From: an uncultured Pseudomonadales bacterium
GTDB lineage: Bacteria; Patescibacteriota; Microgenomatia; UBA1400; UBA12108
DNA length: 64,000 bases
Direction: 5' to 3'
Assembly (NCBI GenBank): GCA_964347565.1
Contig: CAYFZD010000001.1
Span: 70,024 to 134,023, forward strand
Shown here one piece after another: positions 1 through 9,466 of the stretch (positions are counted from its first letter, which is position 1; each line of letters begins with the position of its first letter). The translations under genes were made by a program, and so were the position numbers. Below the pieces are notes generated by a model. It worked only from the letters and a program-made list of their open reading frames with translations. It searched no databases and had not been told where the DNA came from.

Positions 1-223
1 TGACTCGGTTATTACTCTGGAGTTTAGCTACGTACTCGTTAATTTTCTCGGCGAGGTATCCTGTCACTACCGTGATTTCTGTAATGCGAGAAAATCGAAG
101 GGAAATATCGACTTGGTTAGCCAGGAGAGTAGTGCCTCCAACGCTGATGAGAACCTTGGGGAGGTCTAGGGTAATGGGGAACAACCGAGTCCCCATCCCA
201 GCCGCCAAAATAATATGCCTCAT
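1..223 (-). CDS. sugar-1-phosphate nucleotidyltransferase (RmlA/NTP_transferase-like), N-terminal part; CDS runs off the window start
   Basis: Reverse-strand ATG at 223-221. My translation reads MRHIILAAGMGTRLFPITLDLPKVLISVGGTTLLANQVDISL..., carrying the GxGTRL nucleotidyltransferase signature. There is no stop before position 1. It is absent from the ORF track because the window edge truncates it. Confidence 0.8.
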   Translation of the reverse strand, partial: MRHIILAAGMGTRLFPITLDLPKVLISVGGTTLLANQVDISLRFSRITEITVVTGYLAEKINEYVAKLQSNNRV

Positions 224-231
224 GTGAGTAA

Positions 232-669
232 GTGTACAATATATGCATGGAAGACGGGAAAGAAGTGATCGAGAAAAACGGCCAGATTTTTGCCCTCGTG
301 ATCCGTCGCTCGTACCGCCCAGGAGGGGTCAATTTCCTGACCCCCGACGACTACACTCTCCAGCTAGGTTTGATCGGCCACCCTACAGGCATCCATGTCC
401 GTGACCATATCCATAATCCTCATATTCACTATAAAGTCGATACTACCCAAGAATTCCTCTATGTCGAAAAAGGCAAAATCAAAGCCACCATCTACGACTA
501 CGGCTGGAATGTGATCAAAGAAGTGGTCTTAGAGTCAGGAGATATCCTCTTGCAGGTCTCGGGCGGACACGGTTTTGACGTCCTCGAGCCCAGCTACCTC
601 ATCGAGGTGAAGCAAGGCCCCTTCCCCGGCGATAAACTCATGAAATTTTATAAAGACGATCCACAATGA
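232..669 (+). CDS. cupin-fold protein, putative sugar-nucleotide ketoisomerase/epimerase (WxcM/FdtA-like placement)
   Basis: 145-aa ORF with a His-rich cupin-like motif (HVRDHIHNPHIH...E...G). It is translationally coupled (ATGA at 666-669) to a DegT aminotransferase and divergent from a nucleotidyltransferase. The start may be GTG 232 or ATG 247. Confidence 0.5.
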   Translation: MYNICMEDGKEVIEKNGQIFALVIRRSYRPGGVNFLTPDDYTLQLGLIGHPTGIHVRDHIHNPHIHYKVDTTQEFLYVEKGKIKATIYDYGWNVIKEVVLESGDILLQVSGGHGFDVLEPSYLIEVKQGPFPGDKLMKFYKDDPQ

Positions 670-1775
670 TTCCCGTCAATAGCCCTGTTATTCCTCAAGA
701 GTCAAAGAAATTAGTTATGCAAGCGCTCGAGGAGGGCTGGATCAGTTCAGCCGGTCCCTACCTAGAGCAGTTTGAGAGGGAATTTGCCCAGTTTCTGGGT
801 GTCAAACACGCTGTCGTGGTCAATACTGGCACCGCTGCCATTCACGTCGCGCTCCTAGCTCTCGGCATCGGTGAGGGTGATGAAGTGATCGTCCCCGCCT
901 TCACGATGGCCTCTTCCTGGATGGCTGTCATGCATGCAGGGGCCACCCCAATCTTCGTGGACGTCGAGAGCGATATCTATACCCTAGACCCCCAACTGAT
1001 CGAAGCCGCCATTACTCCAAGAACCAAAGCGATCATGCCCGTGCACATCTATGGTCACCCCGCGGATATGGATCCTATCCTCACGATCGCCAAAAAGCAT
1101 CATCTATTCGTAGTCGAAGATGCCGCCGAGGCTCACGGCGCCACCTACAAAGGTAAATTGGTCGGCTCTATCGGGGACATCAATGCTTTTAGTTTTTACG
1201 CCAACAAAATTGTCACTACCGGTGAGGGAGGCATGGTTACGACCAACTCCGATGAGCTCGCGGACCTCTCTAGACGATTCCGCGATCTCGCGCACTCGCC
1301 TAGTAAGCGTTTCATCCACGACCACCTCGGCTATAACTATCGCATCACCAGTCTTCAAGCTGCCCTGGGGATCGGCTCGCTCCACGCGATAGGGGAGTCT
1401 CTCGCCCAGAAACAGCATATGGCAGAACTTTATCAAAAGGGGCTCTCAGACATCTCCGGCCTCACACTCCCCACAACTAGGGAATGGGCTACCAACGTGT
1501 ACTGGATGTATGCAGTGCTCGTCGATCCCACTCAGCTTGGCATGTCCAAGGACGATCTGCGTAGTAAATTACTGGCCCAGGGAGTGGATACGCGCGATTT
1601 CTTTTATGCTCCATCCGACCAACCTATCTTACAAGCGGGTCATTTCCCTCTCACAGAAAAAATTGCTCAAAATGGATTTTATCTCCCCTCGGGCCTCGCC
1701 CTTACGAACGAGCAGATCCAAATCGTAATCGATACGCTTCGCGGGTGTATTCTATTGCCATCTGCAAAAGTTTAG
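666..1775 (+). CDS. DegT/DnrJ/EryC1/StrS-family PLP-dependent sugar aminotransferase
   Basis: 369 aa. Conserved DegT-family blocks are present, including SFYANKIVTTGEGGMVTT with the PLP lysine, and YNYRITSLQAALG. Confidence 0.9.
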   Translation: MIPVNSPVIPQESKKLVMQALEEGWISSAGPYLEQFEREFAQFLGVKHAVVVNTGTAAIHVALLALGIGEGDEVIVPAFTMASSWMAVMHAGATPIFVDVESDIYTLDPQLIEAAITPRTKAIMPVHIYGHPADMDPILTIAKKHHLFVVEDAAEAHGATYKGKLVGSIGDINAFSFYANKIVTTGEGGMVTTNSDELADLSRRFRDLAHSPSKRFIHDHLGYNYRITSLQAALGIGSLHAIGESLAQKQHMAELYQKGLSDISGLTLPTTREWATNVYWMYAVLVDPTQLGMSKDDLRSKLLAQGVDTRDFFYAPSDQPILQAGHFPLTEKIAQNGFYLPSGLALTNEQIQIVIDTLRGCILLPSAKV

Positions 1776-2433
1776 ATTTGCTCGCTCCCCCGAGCCTCGC
1801 CTGATAGGTAGTGGGGACCTCGAGCATTTTCCACCCTGCTCCAGCTGCGTAAAAAACGAGTCGCAGGTGATAGTCTCCGTAGCCGTAATAAATCCGCTTG
1901 ATTCCGAGTTTCTCAATATCAGCTTTCCTGACGGCGTAATATCCACTCGTGTTATCCCAAATAGGTAGCCCAAACAGGCGAAACATGGCGTTAAAGAGGA
2001 ATGTCGGCGCCATCCTCCATCCCTTCATCCCTCCATTCCCCTTGAACCTAGAGGCCACCACAAGTTTCACCTCACCAGTGAGGTGTTGCAGCATATTAGG
2101 CATATCACTGGGGTCGTGGTTCCCATCCGCGTCCATCCCAATAATTATGTTGCCTTTGGCATGTAAGATCCCGTCCCCGATCGAGAGTCCCAGGCCGTGA
2201 TCTTTCTTCCTCACGATAACTCTGATATTCTGGTTCCTAGTTCCTAATTCCTGTACTACCCGCGCCGTCCCGTCAGGGGAGTCATCATCTACGACCAACA
2301 CTTCGTGTTTATATCCTGCCTTAGATAGTACTTGTGAAACATGTTCCGCGTGAGGGCCTATCGCCTCGGCTTCGTTGTACGTAGGCAAAATGACCGATAC
2401 AAAATCCATAAAAATAATCCTATTCCTGCCCAT
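1702..2433 (-). CDS. family-2 glycosyltransferase, dolichol-phosphate-mannose-synthase-like
   Basis: VSVILPTYNEAEAI...LVVDDDSPDGT...GMDADGNHD are GT2 DxD-type motifs. The probable start is the internal ATG at 2409. It overlaps the upstream minus-strand gene by 52 nt or more. Confidence 0.8.
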   Translation of the reverse strand: MGRNRIIFMDFVSVILPTYNEAEAIGPHAEHVSQVLSKAGYKHEVLVVDDDSPDGTARVVQELGTRNQNIRVIVRKKDHGLGLSIGDGILHAKGNIIIGMDADGNHDPSDMPNMLQHLTGEVKLVVASRFKGNGGMKGWRMAPTFLFNAMFRLFGLPIWDNTSGYYAVRKADIEKLGIKRIYYGYGDYHLRLVFYAAGAGWKMLEVPTTYQARLGGASKSKLLQMAIEYTREAYRLRFGSARS

Positions 2434-3950
2434 GTTAGCATGATCCCTAACCTCTGCACAGGGGGGGCTTCAAACTTAATTTCTAACTGTGATTCTCCCT
2501 TTGGTACGATGCAGATAATGAGGCCCGAATCATCGATATGGGAGAGAGTCTTCGTACTCACACTGCAATTAGCAGGTATTATCCAGCCAGGAAAGAAAGC
2601 TGTATTGATCCTCACAGTTCCCCCCTCTTCGCTCACAACTCGAATCAGTTTGTAATTTGACCTATCGTTCAAAAGTTCTACAACTCCGCTCCCCTGCACA
2701 AATTCGGCCCTCTTTCCAAACGGCGCCGAGTCTCGCGTTGCCCTCGTAAGTGGGGCATACTCCCCGTAGCTATCACCCGTCTCGCTCGCAAACCAGGACA
2801 GCGGCTTATCCCAATATTTATCCGTATGCGCCATCGGCACCGCCAGCAAAATTAGAATTGACGTCACTCCTATCATCACCGATTTCTGTATTGGTTTGTT
2901 GGTAAGTTGATTCACTATCTCCGCCCCCATCCAAGCCGTGCCAAACACGATACACATCAGCAGTCTCCAAGGAAAATCGATCATATTCCCCAGGCCCCAT
3001 CGGTATATCGGGAGCGAGATCGGCAGGATAAAAAATAATGACAGCATTACACTAGCTGATAAATAGCTCAGGAGTGTATTCCCCCTCCTAATTGCCATCA
3101 CTAAGCCCCACAAAATGACCCCCCAACCAATTATGCCTATCTCAAAGGACATGCCATCCCCATTTCCCGGTAGTGATACCCCGTATCCCCAGGGGGAATG
3201 AATCAGCTGGGAAAGGCTAGGGAACATGAGGAGGGTATCAGAGAGCGTCGGTGAGTAGTAAGTATATTTTGTGAGTGCGAGTGTCGGGAGTAAATTAAAT
3301 GCGGCAATGAGTAGGGCGATCGCATAAGCTCCCCAGCGGAATTTTTGCTTCATGACCAGGGAGTAGCCTAAAAAGAATATCGAAAACGCGGCCGAAGCAA
3401 CTGGGTGGGTCAAAAATAAACCTACCCATCCCAGCACAAGTAGTGGTGTAGATGATTTGCTATATCCCCAAATCAAGAGGGGGGCAAAGACAAATGAGAG
3501 TGACTCACCAAGCGCCCCTCGCACAAAGATATCGACGAAGCGGTATGGCGCCAAGCTATAGAGGAGCGCACCCACCCACGCGCCTGCCCAACCAATTTTT
3601 GATCTTAGCGCCAGATACATCAGGGCTCCCGCTACGACAAACGAGAGACCGAGCGTGAGTTTGTAACTATCAAAATAGGAGAGGCCTAGTCTGTGCCACA
3701 GCTCTCCTAGGGCGTAGGGGAGTTGGTAGTTGAGCATGAGCACCGGGGAGCCGATCCCTCCCAGCACCTCTCTCGCCCACATAGGAGGGAACTGACCATC
3801 CTCTATCGCGCTATGATAGGCGATGGCGCGAGAGACGTGAGGATTAGAGTCATGGAACATGGGCAGACCAGGGATCAGCATATCCCTCATTAACCAAGTG
3901 AGGAGGAATACCAGGACTGAGATCAGTGACCATTCCCGCAGTCGTTGCAT
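2358..3950 (-). CDS. large polytopic membrane protein with C-terminal extracytoplasmic domain, putative GT-C-like glycan polymerase/transferase
   Basis: About 530 aa with more than 10 predicted TM helices, followed by a roughly 150-aa soluble region and a final TM. It sits in the glycan cluster. I did not recognise a family; the start was chosen at MQRLREW (3950) to avoid overlapping the divergent gene. Confidence 0.45.
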   Translation of the reverse strand: MQRLREWSLISVLVFLLTWLMRDMLIPGLPMFHDSNPHVSRAIAYHSAIEDGQFPPMWAREVLGGIGSPVLMLNYQLPYALGELWHRLGLSYFDSYKLTLGLSFVVAGALMYLALRSKIGWAGAWVGALLYSLAPYRFVDIFVRGALGESLSFVFAPLLIWGYSKSSTPLLVLGWVGLFLTHPVASAAFSIFFLGYSLVMKQKFRWGAYAIALLIAAFNLLPTLALTKYTYYSPTLSDTLLMFPSLSQLIHSPWGYGVSLPGNGDGMSFEIGIIGWGVILWGLVMAIRRGNTLLSYLSASVMLSLFFILPISLPIYRWGLGNMIDFPWRLLMCIVFGTAWMGAEIVNQLTNKPIQKSVMIGVTSILILLAVPMAHTDKYWDKPLSWFASETGDSYGEYAPLTRATRDSAPFGKRAEFVQGSGVVELLNDRSNYKLIRVVSEEGGTVRINTAFFPGWIIPANCSVSTKTLSHIDDSGLIICIVPKGESQLEIKFEAPPVQRLGIMLTWAGIGLFLWILYRSFCLRTTKPRR

Positions 3951-3972
3951 ATATCCATAGTATACTTTACCC

Positions 3973-5262
3973 ATGTGGGCGATATTGGTTCTGGCATTTC
4001 TGTTGCGACTCCCTTTCCTCAACCAATCCCTCTGGCTCGACGAGAGTCTCGAGGCCCTCGCCCTCCAAGGACATTTTGGTTCACTCCTCTCCTACTCACT
4101 CTCCGATTTCCAGCCACCGCTCTACCATTTTATTCTCCGGGCTTGGACATCACTCGCTGGATATTCCGAGCTCTCCCTCCGCCTGCCCTCGCTCCTAGCG
4201 GGGTTACTCACAGTTTATTTTGTGTTCAAACTAGGGGAACTCCTTGGCTCGCGCAAAGTAGGGTTCATCGCGGGCCTCCTCGCCGCTACCAATCCGCTCC
4301 TCATCTACTACTCACAAGAGGGGCGTACCTACATGATGACCACTCTATTCGTCACAATGAGTTTTTACTTCCTCCTCAAAAAATCCTCGCTTGCCTACCT
4401 ATTCTCTACGCTCCTGGCCATCTGGAGCTCATATCTCGCCTGTTTGATCGTGCCACTCCAGCTGATCTATCTCGTGCGCCAAAAAAGATTTCGTCTTGCC
4501 ATAGCTCTCACCCTCGTCGCTTCCTCTCTTCTTCTTTGGGCTCCCTCATTTCTGCGCTCGCTCTCGATTGGTTTAGGTGACGCCGCTAGCGTTCCTGGAT
4601 GGGGGAGGGTAGTGGGGGGCATTTCGGTCAAAGCTCTTGCTCTCACTTGGGTCAAAACTGTCATCGGACGTATCTCATTTAGTCCATCATGGCTCTATGG
4701 CTCTGTCGTACTCACGCTTATTCTTCTCCACGGGCATATCGCAAGACATGCGAAAAAAATACACCCTCTGCTCTTGATCTGGCTGGCCACACTCGCCCTC
4801 GCTGGCCTGATCTCGCTCTTCGTACCTGCCTATAGCTATACTCGCCTCCTCTTTGTGGTGCCGGCGTACCTCCTGATCCTCGCCCTCGGGCTCGCTCGTC
4901 TCCACCACAGCTTCACTGCCCTTATAATTGTCTCGCAACTCATTTTTCTCTCCATTTTTTGGTTTAGCCCGCGCTTCCACCGCGAAGATTGGCGCAGTCT
5001 GGTCAGTTATCTCAATACGCAGTCAGGAATAGTCGTCCTCCCCAGCCTCAAGCAAGACGCACCTCTTCTATATTATCAATTGACTCTTCCCCTGCTGGCT
5101 TCGACGGATCCTCTGAGCTCAAGTACTGTTTTTTATATCAAGTACGTCGAGGATGCCTTTGACCCAGAGGGGCGAGGGAGAGCGAATCTGACCAATCTCG
5201 GATATACTCTTACTACACAACGTGTTTACACGGGAATTCAGATGGATGTATATGAGAAGTAA
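3973..5262 (+). CDS. GT-C fold membrane glycosyltransferase (PMT_2 / ArnT-like, family GT39/83-like)
   Basis: Polytopic protein. The N-terminal loop carries the LWLDESL acidic motif, and the overall architecture matches ArnT/PMT_2 proteins. Confidence 0.65.
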   Translation: MWAILVLAFLLRLPFLNQSLWLDESLEALALQGHFGSLLSYSLSDFQPPLYHFILRAWTSLAGYSELSLRLPSLLAGLLTVYFVFKLGELLGSRKVGFIAGLLAATNPLLIYYSQEGRTYMMTTLFVTMSFYFLLKKSSLAYLFSTLLAIWSSYLACLIVPLQLIYLVRQKRFRLAIALTLVASSLLLWAPSFLRSLSIGLGDAASVPGWGRVVGGISVKALALTWVKTVIGRISFSPSWLYGSVVLTLILLHGHIARHAKKIHPLLLIWLATLALAGLISLFVPAYSYTRLLFVVPAYLLILALGLARLHHSFTALIIVSQLIFLSIFWFSPRFHREDWRSLVSYLNTQSGIVVLPSLKQDAPLLYYQLTLPLLASTDPLSSSTVFYIKYVEDAFDPEGRGRANLTNLGYTLTTQRVYTGIQMDVYEK

Positions 5263-5301
5263 GATATCCTGTGCCCTTCCGAAGCCTTGGCGGAGGAGGG
5301 T

Positions 5302-6372
5302 ATGAAAATAGCCATTGATGTCTCACAAATGTGTTACGAGGGGAGTGGGGTCGCTCGCTACGTACGAGGACTCACTCAGGCTTTACTCAGCGAGAACTCT
5401 CCCCACAGGTTCATTCTCTATGCCGGTGCACTCCGTCAAAAGTCATTCTTTACTGATCTTGCTCACACCCATCCTTGGAATCGAGCTATCTGGAAGATCC
5501 TCCCGATCCCACCCAAGCTCGCGAGTCTAGCTCTTCACTCGCTCCCCATTCCTTTTGAAATATTCACCGGCTCCGCCGATCTCCTGCACACCTCCGATTG
5601 GGTCGAACCCACGAGTAATTTGCCCATGGTCACGACTGTCCATGACCTTGTGTTCCACCAGTATCCAGAGACTGTTGACCCGCTCATCCTGAGGACTCAA
5701 ACCCAGCGCCTCGCCCGACTTGCCAAAAACTCCACCCATATTATCGCCGATTCATTGAGTACCAAAAATGATCTCATGGAAATATATCGATTCTCGAGTG
5801 AGCGAATCACCATCGTATATCCAGGTATAGAACCTACTTATCAGCCTCAATCGAAATCAGAAATTGATCGAGTGAAAAGAAAGTATGATTTACCTGATAA
5901 ATTCATCTTCTCTCTCGGTACTCAGGAGCCGCGCAAAAATTTAACTCGCCTTACAGAGGCGGTCGCTGGCCTCGACTTACCCTTAGTTCTTGCTGGTAAA
6001 CACGGTTGGGGGGATAAAACTAAGACTCTCGGCTTCGTCCCCGAAGCTGATCTGCCAGCTCTCTATAGCGGCGCCACTGTTTTTGCCTACCCCTCCCTCT
6101 ACGAGGGATTTGGTTTCCCTGTACTAGAAGCGATGGCTTGTGGTACCCCTGTAGTAACCTCCAATATTTCCTCACTAACAGAGGTAGCTGGCGAGGCCGC
6201 CGTCCTCGTAGATCCCTTGGATGTTGACTCTATTCGCTCTGGAATCAAACAGGCGCTCGCTTCCCACGATAAACTTATCAAATTGGGGATCATTCAAGCC
6301 AAAAAATTCTCGTGGGATAATACGGCTAAACAAGTCTTGGAGGTCTATGAAAAGATTGCAAATAGGCATTGA
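5302..6372 (+). CDS. family-4 (GT-B) glycosyltransferase
   Basis: The C-terminal EGFGFPVLEAMACGTPVV motif is typical of GT4 retaining glycosyltransferases. Start taken at MKIAID. Confidence 0.85.
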   Translation: MKIAIDVSQMCYEGSGVARYVRGLTQALLSENSPHRFILYAGALRQKSFFTDLAHTHPWNRAIWKILPIPPKLASLALHSLPIPFEIFTGSADLLHTSDWVEPTSNLPMVTTVHDLVFHQYPETVDPLILRTQTQRLARLAKNSTHIIADSLSTKNDLMEIYRFSSERITIVYPGIEPTYQPQSKSEIDRVKRKYDLPDKFIFSLGTQEPRKNLTRLTEAVAGLDLPLVLAGKHGWGDKTKTLGFVPEADLPALYSGATVFAYPSLYEGFGFPVLEAMACGTPVVTSNISSLTEVAGEAAVLVDPLDVDSIRSGIKQALASHDKLIKLGIIQAKKFSWDNTAKQVLEVYEKIANRH

Positions 6373-7453
6373 CGCCAACGAAGCCAATGTCAAAAACCGG
6401 GTCGGCACTGGCCAATACTGCTACCATCTGCTCAAACACTGGCAGAAGGAATCAGACATAGATTTTCACCTCTATCACCGCGATCCACTTCAGCGGGACA
6501 TGCCAGAAGGTAGTAAAAACTGGCACTATCACCAGGTCGGTCCCTCTCGTGCTTGGATCCGCGTTGGATTGCCCCTCCACCTCATTACCCACCCCAGGAA
6601 CGACGTCTTTTGGTCGCCCGCGCACTACGCCCCGTGGTATCCAGGTGGTCAAAGTGTGGTCACGATCCACGACCTAGCCTACGAATACTTCCCCAACCTC
6701 TTCCTGCCAAGTGATTTATACAAACTCAAAAACTGGACCAGATCGGCCGTCAAACAAGCAACTCGCGTGATCGCAGTCTCAGAAGCCACCAAGCGTGATC
6801 TCGTCAAACTCTACGAAGTCAAAGAAGAGCAAATTAGCGTCGTCCACAACGGCTACGACTCCGATATTTTTAACGTCAGCCCTAAAATTAATCCAGCCTT
6901 ACTTGTAAATTGGAATTTGAAAACTGAAAATTACATCTTGTTCCTCGGCACCATCCAGCCCCGCAAAAATGCCATCAAACTGGTCCAGGCATTTCATTTG
7001 CTAAAGGAATCAGGCTATCCCGGTAAGCTCGTGATCGCCGGCAACATCGGCTGGCTCGCCGACGACACGCTCGCCCTCATCAAAAACTCCCCCGAAGCCA
7101 AGGATATTGTCCTCACTGGCTATGTGAGCGACGAGGTTCGCAAAACCCTCTATACCTATGCCGATGTTTATGTCTTACCCTCTCTCTACGAGGGTTTTGG
7201 GGTCCCAGCCCTTGAGGCCATGGCGTGCGGGGCACCGGTCGCCGTCGCGGACAATTCCTCTCCTCCCGAGGTCGTGGGGGAGTCCGGACTCTACTTCAAC
7301 GCCAATGACCCAGCAGGCATTGCCCGCGCCATCAGTGATCTCCGCCAGGAGCGTGCTCAGTGGAGCCAAAAGTCCCTCGCCCGCGCCCAGCACTTCTCCT
7401 GGTCCAAATGCGCCAAAGAAACACTAAAAGTATTGTCCGAGGTGGCTAAATGA
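6347..7453 (+). CDS. family-4 (GT-B) glycosyltransferase
   Basis: EGFGVPALEAMACGAPVAV motif. The ATG at 6347 (MKRLQIGIDANE) overlaps the upstream GT4 stop by 26 nt in another frame. Confidence 0.85.
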   Translation: MKRLQIGIDANEANVKNRVGTGQYCYHLLKHWQKESDIDFHLYHRDPLQRDMPEGSKNWHYHQVGPSRAWIRVGLPLHLITHPRNDVFWSPAHYAPWYPGGQSVVTIHDLAYEYFPNLFLPSDLYKLKNWTRSAVKQATRVIAVSEATKRDLVKLYEVKEEQISVVHNGYDSDIFNVSPKINPALLVNWNLKTENYILFLGTIQPRKNAIKLVQAFHLLKESGYPGKLVIAGNIGWLADDTLALIKNSPEAKDIVLTGYVSDEVRKTLYTYADVYVLPSLYEGFGVPALEAMACGAPVAVADNSSPPEVVGESGLYFNANDPAGIARAISDLRQERAQWSQKSLARAQHFSWSKCAKETLKVLSEVAK

Positions 7454-7508
7454 TCATTTATGCTTTCTGAAATTTGACATCACGCTCTACTAATGTGAAC
7501 ATAGCGTT

Positions 7509-7928
7509 ATGGAAACGAATGCTGAGATGAGTTATAGCAAAAAACCCCTCTGGCAATTGATCTTGATTTACCTGATCGTAGGTGGACTAGTTTATGCTGG
7601 CATCTACAAGTATTATTACCCCGACAAAAATGCTCCAACTAAACCAACGCAGATGATCGAGGGTTCAAAAGTTACCCTCACTGAGTCTGGATATTCGCCC
7701 GCAACTCTCACGATCAAAGTCGGCGACACCGTCACCTGGACCAACACTGGTTCCAAAAACTCCAACGTGAGCTCTGATCCCCACCCACAGCACACGACCT
7801 ACTCACCACTCAATTTGGGCATGTTGAAGCCTGGTGACTCTCTTTCTCTCAAGTTTGACACTGCTGGTACATATACTTACCACAATCACCTCAACGAATC
7901 ACAGCGCGGTACGATCATAGTCAAATAG
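7509..7928 (+). CDS. membrane-anchored cupredoxin-like (amicyanin/plastocyanin-fold) protein lacking the Cys copper ligand
   Basis: N-terminal TM helix. The C-terminal domain (VGDTVTWTNTG...AGTYTYHNHLNESQRGTIIV) aligns in my reading with the amicyanin GDTVTW / GTYDYHCTPH...M blocks, but Asn replaces the Cys and Ser replaces the first His. Confidence 0.5.
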   Translation: METNAEMSYSKKPLWQLILIYLIVGGLVYAGIYKYYYPDKNAPTKPTQMIEGSKVTLTESGYSPATLTIKVGDTVTWTNTGSKNSNVSSDPHPQHTTYSPLNLGMLKPGDSLSLKFDTAGTYTYHNHLNESQRGTIIVK

Positions 7929-7952
7929 TCTCACACCTTGTACAATGTGACT

Positions 7953-8558
7953 ATGGATTTCCCACTCTCTGACAAACATGGTGGTCGTCTCACCTGGCAA
8001 CAGGGGATGGCGAAGATCTACACCAGGCTAGAGAGCTACCTCCTTGATTTTGGCCTCCTGCTCCTCCATTTGACCACCTGGATCCCCCTCCACTCGGTTA
8101 GAAATTTTTTTTGGCGTCTATCTGGTCTAAATCTGGGGAAACACTCTACCCTCCACACGGGAATCCGTGTCTTTGATCCTAGGAGGATCAGGGTAGGGGA
8201 GGGGACCATCATCGGCTTCGCCTGCTTTATTGATGGGCGTGACCAGGTCAGGATCGGGAATCACACCGATATTGCCTCAGAAGTCATGATCTTTAGCCAG
8301 GAGCACGATCTCTCCTCCCCCAATTTCCAGGCAATAGGTGCGCCGGTCCATATTGGCGACTATGTCTTTATCGGACCTCGCGCCATCATCTTGCCAGGTG
8401 TGAGCATCGGTGACGGGGCGGTTGTGGCGGCCGGGGCAGTTGTGACCAAAAATGTTGAAGCAGGTTCTATCGTGGGTGGAGTCCCCGCCAAAGTGATTGG
8501 CGAGCGCTCTCTCAAAACCCCCCATTATAAGTTGGGAAGATTTAAATTATTCCAATGA
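7953..8558 (+). CDS. hexapeptide-repeat (left-handed beta-helix) sugar O-acetyltransferase, WcaF/Mac-like
   Basis: Hexapeptide repeats ([31 protein letters not shown]) and a WcaF-like N-terminal segment. The ORF track starts it at TTG 7938; the first ATG is 7953. Confidence 0.8.
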   Translation: MDFPLSDKHGGRLTWQQGMAKIYTRLESYLLDFGLLLLHLTTWIPLHSVRNFFWRLSGLNLGKHSTLHTGIRVFDPRRIRVGEGTIIGFACFIDGRDQVRIGNHTDIASEVMIFSQEHDLSSPNFQAIGAPVHIGDYVFIGPRAIILPGVSIGDGAVVAAGAVVTKNVEAGSIVGGVPAKVIGERSLKTPHYKLGRFKLFQ

Positions 8559-9466
8559 AGCCACTTGTTTCAGTCATTATAGTTTCCTACAACACTCGTG
8601 ATTACACAGTTAAATCAATGCGAAGTGCGCTCAAGAGTAAAGGCTTTAAAGCTGTCGAAATAGAAGTAATCTTGATCGATAATAACTCCCCTGACGACAC
8701 TGTTAGCTATACAAGAAAGCACCTGCCCAGTGTTAAAGTGATAGCTAACTCAGACAATCGTGGCTTTGGCGGTGGCAACAACCAGGGAGCCCAGTTAGCC
8801 CAGGGGAAATATCTTCTCCTCCTCAACCCCGATGCATTTCTCTCACCCGATTCTCTACGAATAATGATGGATATCCTGGTAAAAAATGAAAATATCGTCT
8901 CCGTAGGTCCTCAACTGCGCTATGAGGGAGGCGCTATGCAGCAATCGGCAGGTTTTTTGCCCACACCCCTAAGAGTCATGGCCTGGATGTGGTGGCTAGA
9001 CAAACTCCCCCTGATCAAAAAACTCTTCCCCACTCCCTACCATGTTTTTGACCTTGACTGGCACAAGAGAGATCATGACCCAGAGTGGCTCATGGGAGCC
9101 TGTATTATGTTCAGAAAAACCGAATTTTTGACTGCAGGTGGGTTTGACGATCAGATCTTCATGTACGCCGAAGAAGTCGAACTCTATCGTAGGCTCAAGG
9201 AGAGTCTAGGTAAGAGGGTCCACTTCACCACCAAAACCAAAGTGACCCACATCGGGAGCGTCAGCACCAAAAAAGCTAATGCCTATCGCCTCAGCTACGA
9301 ATTGCAGGGGATTGAGTACATCTACGCCAAGCACTACCCGCACCTACTATGGTTTATTCGCTTTGTGATCTATACTGGAGTTCTTATGCGACTACTCCTC
9401 TTTAGCTTGATACCCTCTCGACGCGACACGCTCGTGGAATATAAAAAATTCTTCCAAACACGATGA
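8555..9466 (+). CDS. family-2 glycosyltransferase
   Basis: [14 protein letters not shown]...[10 protein letters not shown] and LNPDAF motifs. ATGA overlap with the upstream gene. Confidence 0.85.
   Translation: MKPLVSVIIVSYNTRDYTVKSMRSALKSKGFKAVEIEVILIDNNSPDDTVSYTRKHLPSVKVIANSDNRGFGGGNNQGAQLAQGKYLLLLNPDAFLSPDSLRIMMDILVKNENIVSVGPQLRYEGGAMQQSAGFLPTPLRVMAWMWWLDKLPLIKKLFPTPYHVFDLDWHKRDHDPEWLMGACIMFRKTEFLTAGGFDDQIFMYAEEVELYRRLKESLGKRVHFTTKTKVTHIGSVSTKKANAYRLSYELQGIEYIYAKHYPHLLWFIRFVIYTGVLMRLLLFSLIPSRRDTLVEYKKFFQTR

Noticed and set aside
117-332. 71-aa minus-strand ORF at the window start
   Set aside because: It is the wrong frame. The real minus-strand gene is the truncated nucleotidyltransferase ending at ATG 223 in another frame.
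3945-4580. 211-aa plus-strand ORF in an alternative frame of the GT-C gene
   Set aside because: It is Pro/Arg/Ser-rich out-of-frame translation of a membrane-protein gene. The in-frame 429-aa product has coherent TM structure.
7454-7508. TTGACA hexamer at 7476-7481 as promoter for the cupredoxin-like gene
   Set aside because: No acceptable -10 element at 16-18 bp spacing (only AACATA/TAATGT at wrong distances), so it is not reported as a feature.
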